Origin: an uncultured Flavobacteriaceae bacterium
GTDB lineage: Bacteria > Bacteroidota > Bacteroidia > Flavobacteriales > Flavobacteriaceae
Direction: 5' to 3'
Length of the DNA stretch: 64,000 bases
Assembly: GCA_938017825.1 (NCBI GenBank)
Contig: CALIJE010000016.1
Location: 8,358 to 72,357 of the forward strand
The notes below the pieces were generated by a model. It made no database searches, had not been told where the DNA came from, and worked only from the letters and a program-made list of their open reading frames with translations. A program made the position numbers and the translations under genes. How positions within the stretch are numbered: the stretch's first letter is position 1; each line of letters opens with the position of its first letter. Of the stretch, positions 61,385 to 64,000 are shown piece by piece.

Positions 61385-62515
61385 CTAAAAAGTGTATATA
61401 CTACCCGTCAATAAAATGACAATCGATAGCAGAGCTAAAATAACAAATATCAAATTAAGAAAAGCAAATTTCACAATAGTTTTAAATCTTCCTTGTTGGT
61501 AGAAATTTCGCATGGCCTTATAGAGATACCCTATAAAAATCAATACAAAAATCCACCCGGTAAAAATCTTAAAAACACTATCAATCAATAAGCTAACAAT
61601 GAGCAAGATAAACAAGAGACTTTGAATGTGAAAGCCAAAGATCAAATGATCGGTATAAGTGTATTTTTTTCTGACATATGCCACCCAAATGAACAATGCG
61701 AACACAGGTAAAAAGAAAAATACGAGAAAAGGTAGTTTAGAAATTAGGTTCGAGGCGAAGGTGCCAGGGCGCTGTTTAAAGCGTAAATAGCTTGTTGCGG
61801 CATTGAACGCATATTCATTACTACTCGAATCAGATAGGCCATAAGTAGCGATGATTTCTTCAAAACTAGACTCCTCATTAGCACTTATAAGGGTGTTAAA
61901 AGCTTCTCTTTTTGCTCCAAATCTTGAAAAAAAGGAAAGTGTGTCCAACGAGTTTAGGTATGCTTTTGGGTTACTGAGAACAATCGAATCTTTTTTTGCA
62001 ATTTGCTTTGCGATTCCTAAAGAATCTATTTGACTTTGAATTAGGGAGTCGGTTGCTATATTTTCCTTTTTTAAGGTATTACCGAAGACAAGATTGCCCT
62101 CCTCCGTAAAGAAACTTCCTTTTTCATCGCTTCCATATTTGTCGAGTTTTAATAAGCCTGAACTTAGGTTAACGCTGAGCATTAAGAAATAAATTATGGA
62201 TAGGCTCAAAAGAAAACGGAAGGGATTTGTATACGATATCCTTCTACCCTTCAAATATTCCCTTGTAATTTTCCCAGGTTTTAGGAGCAATGCCTTAAGG
62301 GTTTTAAGAAGTTTGGAATCATATGAGATCAAGCTCGAAAAGAATTCATCGAAAAAGTCCTTTAAGGTAAGTTTTTTGGTGCTGTTGACCTGTGAGCAAT
62401 AAGCACAAAAACGGTCGCTCATATCTAGTGGATGCCCACAATTGGTGCATTCCGTACCGCGATATTTTAGTTGATAACGCCCTTTGGGTTTTGATTCGAC
62501 TGGTAAGTTCTTCAT
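61385..62515 (-). CDS. DUF3667 membrane protein with N-terminal zinc ribbon
   Basis: CTNCG...FCAYCSQ, L-x-x-PG...Y-x-x-G-x-R-x-x-Y-x-x-P, C-terminal TMs. Confidence 0.85.
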   Translation of the reverse strand: MKNLPVESKPKGRYQLKYRGTECTNCGHPLDMSDRFCAYCSQVNSTKKLTLKDFFDEFFSSLISYDSKLLKTLKALLLKPGKITREYLKGRRISYTNPFRFLLSLSIIYFLMLSVNLSSGLLKLDKYGSDEKGSFFTEEGNLVFGNTLKKENIATDSLIQSQIDSLGIAKQIAKKDSIVLSNPKAYLNSLDTLSFFSRFGAKREAFNTLISANEESSFEEIIATYGLSDSSSNEYAFNAATSYLRFKQRPGTFASNLISKLPFLVFFFLPVFALFIWVAYVRKKYTYTDHLIFGFHIQSLLFILLIVSLLIDSVFKIFTGWIFVLIFIGYLYKAMRNFYQQGRFKTIVKFAFLNLIFVILALLSIVILLTGSIYTF

Positions 62516-62548
62516 GTATCCTTTCTTGCAACAAAGGATAAATATACA

Positions 62549-63796
62549 CTAATTGCTAATGTTCCGGGAATTGGCTGTTCCTACCCCGATAACGCTATCA
62601 TAAAGATCACCGAAATTGCGATAATAGACGAGAATGGTATAGGTGTTTTCCGTAAAATGGAAATTGCCGCAAATACTGTTGAGATCAATAACATTGTTGT
62701 CCCTTTTAACAACGTACTTATAATTGTAGAAACCCTGTTTTAATGAGATGGCCGCCTTCATCATGCCATCATTTTCATCATATCGCATTTTATTTTCTTC
62801 CGTAAGGGCGTAATTATTGAATTTTCCGAAGACATAAACATCGTCTAGGTTCAACATTTCGTCATAAGGGAGGCTAAAATGAACATTGGTATATTCTGCT
62901 TCTCGTGAGTTGCTTTCCCCTTGTAAGGTGCGCACTACATAGTCTCCATTAATGTCAGGAAAATAGGTGTAAGGCTGTTCATTGCGATAATTGTTGCCGT
63001 ATAGATAATGATTGTACAAATCGGTCAATTCGATATGCGAAATTGCGGCACTGGGAGATCTAAGGTCTTTGGTGTCAAAATTAAAATATTCGTTACCTCC
63101 ATAGAAGCTGGTCTCTTTGTCATATTTATAGACCAACTCTGTGCCAAGGGTAAATTGTGGTGCCACATTATATCGTGCAGTTGGCCAGTAGTAGTTTTGA
63201 ACAATGGCCACTTTTACTTCCTTTTTAGGATTCACCAATTGTGTATTGCCCGCAAAAATTTTGAACTGAACTACCTGTTTTTCATTTAAAAAATTAAAGT
63301 CCCTTGAGCGTTTCACTTCGGCACCGACCCTAACCAAATCTTTAAAAATTACAAAACGCCTCGAAAATTGAATTTCGTCGCTACTATTGTAAATCTCAAG
63401 AACATAGTTGCCGCTTACTTTGAGCGAAACATTATTGTTGGGAATAGATAAGCGATAATTTGAAAAAGGCTGTAGAGTCGTATAACTGTTTTCGTAGTCG
63501 ATAATGCGCTGATTATCTACACCTCGAAGGTATTGTGACTTTAATAAATCGGAAGGTGTCCAATCATAATCACAATGAACGATTTTGTAATAATAGTCTT
63601 GCTCGCTTGCCGTTAGGTCATCGAATTCAAGGTCTATTTTATCGCCCATTTGTACAACAGGGAACTGATCCCCAGTGGGCCCGTTAAAAACAATCGATTT
63701 AATATGAGCAGGTGCCTCGATTTCTTCTTTTACCTGCGCAAAAATTAGTCCGGGTAAAAAGAGCAACAACGTAATATGTTTAAAGCTTTTGCGCAT
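62549..63796 (-). CDS. DUF5103 / T9SS plug-like protein
   Basis: Signal peptide; FDDL, HCDYDW-x-PS, SGNY, GGNEY, DING, LKQGFYNY, TEN-x-Y motifs. Confidence 0.8.
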   Translation of the reverse strand: MRKSFKHITLLLFLPGLIFAQVKEEIEAPAHIKSIVFNGPTGDQFPVVQMGDKIDLEFDDLTASEQDYYYKIVHCDYDWTPSDLLKSQYLRGVDNQRIIDYENSYTTLQPFSNYRLSIPNNNVSLKVSGNYVLEIYNSSDEIQFSRRFVIFKDLVRVGAEVKRSRDFNFLNEKQVVQFKIFAGNTQLVNPKKEVKVAIVQNYYWPTARYNVAPQFTLGTELVYKYDKETSFYGGNEYFNFDTKDLRSPSAAISHIELTDLYNHYLYGNNYRNEQPYTYFPDINGDYVVRTLQGESNSREAEYTNVHFSLPYDEMLNLDDVYVFGKFNNYALTEENKMRYDENDGMMKAAISLKQGFYNYKYVVKRDNNVIDLNSICGNFHFTENTYTILVYYRNFGDLYDSVIGVGTANSRNISN

Positions 63797-63906
63797 TTTT
63801 CAAATAATTGATCAACAAAGGTAAACAAAAAGCATACCTAAAAAATTTTGCTCGTTGTAATGCCCAAAATAATAGGCAATAATTATGAAAACTATGAGTT
63901 TAATAT

Positions 63907-63914
63907 TAAATTTG
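63907..63914 (+). promoter_or_regulatory. -7 promoter element for the nqr operon
   Basis: TAAATTTG, 35 nt upstream of ATG 63949. Confidence 0.55.
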
Positions 63915-63948
63915 CACAACTTTTGATAACCATAAGGTCTACGAAAAT

Positions 63949-64000
63949 ATGTCTAAAGACATTCGAATTAAAAAGGGTCTGAATATCAACCTTGTCGGTG
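63949..64000 (+). CDS. nqrA: Na+-translocating NADH:quinone reductase subunit A, N-terminus (runs off the right edge)
   Basis: MSKDIRIKKGLNINLVG matches the I-x-IKKGL-x-I NqrA N-terminus; only 17 codons visible. Confidence 0.8.
   Translation, partial: MSKDIRIKKGLNINLVG

Noticed and set aside
1-64000. CRISPR arrays, IS elements, prophage or defence genes; the many short antisense ORFs in the track
   Set aside because: No repeat-spacer periodicity or transposase, integrase or nuclease motifs seen by eye; the short ORFs lie within well-supported genes

Overview
Core chromosomal window from a Flavobacteriaceae (Bacteroidota) genome, probably marine. The assignment rests on gldB/gldC, porT, a T9SS plug-like gene, a short Bacteroidota-type RpoD, TAnnTTTG promoters and nqrA at the right edge. 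Order: partial nadE, gldBC, a ~6 kb accessory block (DUF6503-like lipoprotein, VOC, SDR, flavin amine oxidase, AraC, PhoD-like), yihA, the dcw cluster mraZ..ftsZ, yqeY, tRNA-Arg(UCG), a TPR-sensor two-component system with a small lipoprotein, ypdA-rpe, trmL, rpoD, a lipoprotein/ECF sigma/trans-envelope anti-sigma-like module, pnp-rpsO, accD-fbaA-tamL, trmH, porT-menG, trkAH, aspC, a desaturase, rsmG, dinB, pruA, apaG, DUF3667, plug and partial nqrA. I saw no transposase, integrase, prophage, CRISPR array or defence system. The most interesting signals are regulatory: (i) the ECF/anti-sigma-barrel module, with ECF-type promoter motifs that include one in front of rpoD; (ii) a shared near-palindromic motif on both flanks of the two-component system; (iii) structured non-coding regions (pnp leader, rsmG-dinB intergenic sRNA candidate); (iv) a VOC gene that seems to need a non-canonical start codon. 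All family calls come from motif recognition and recall; no database search or folding computation was run.
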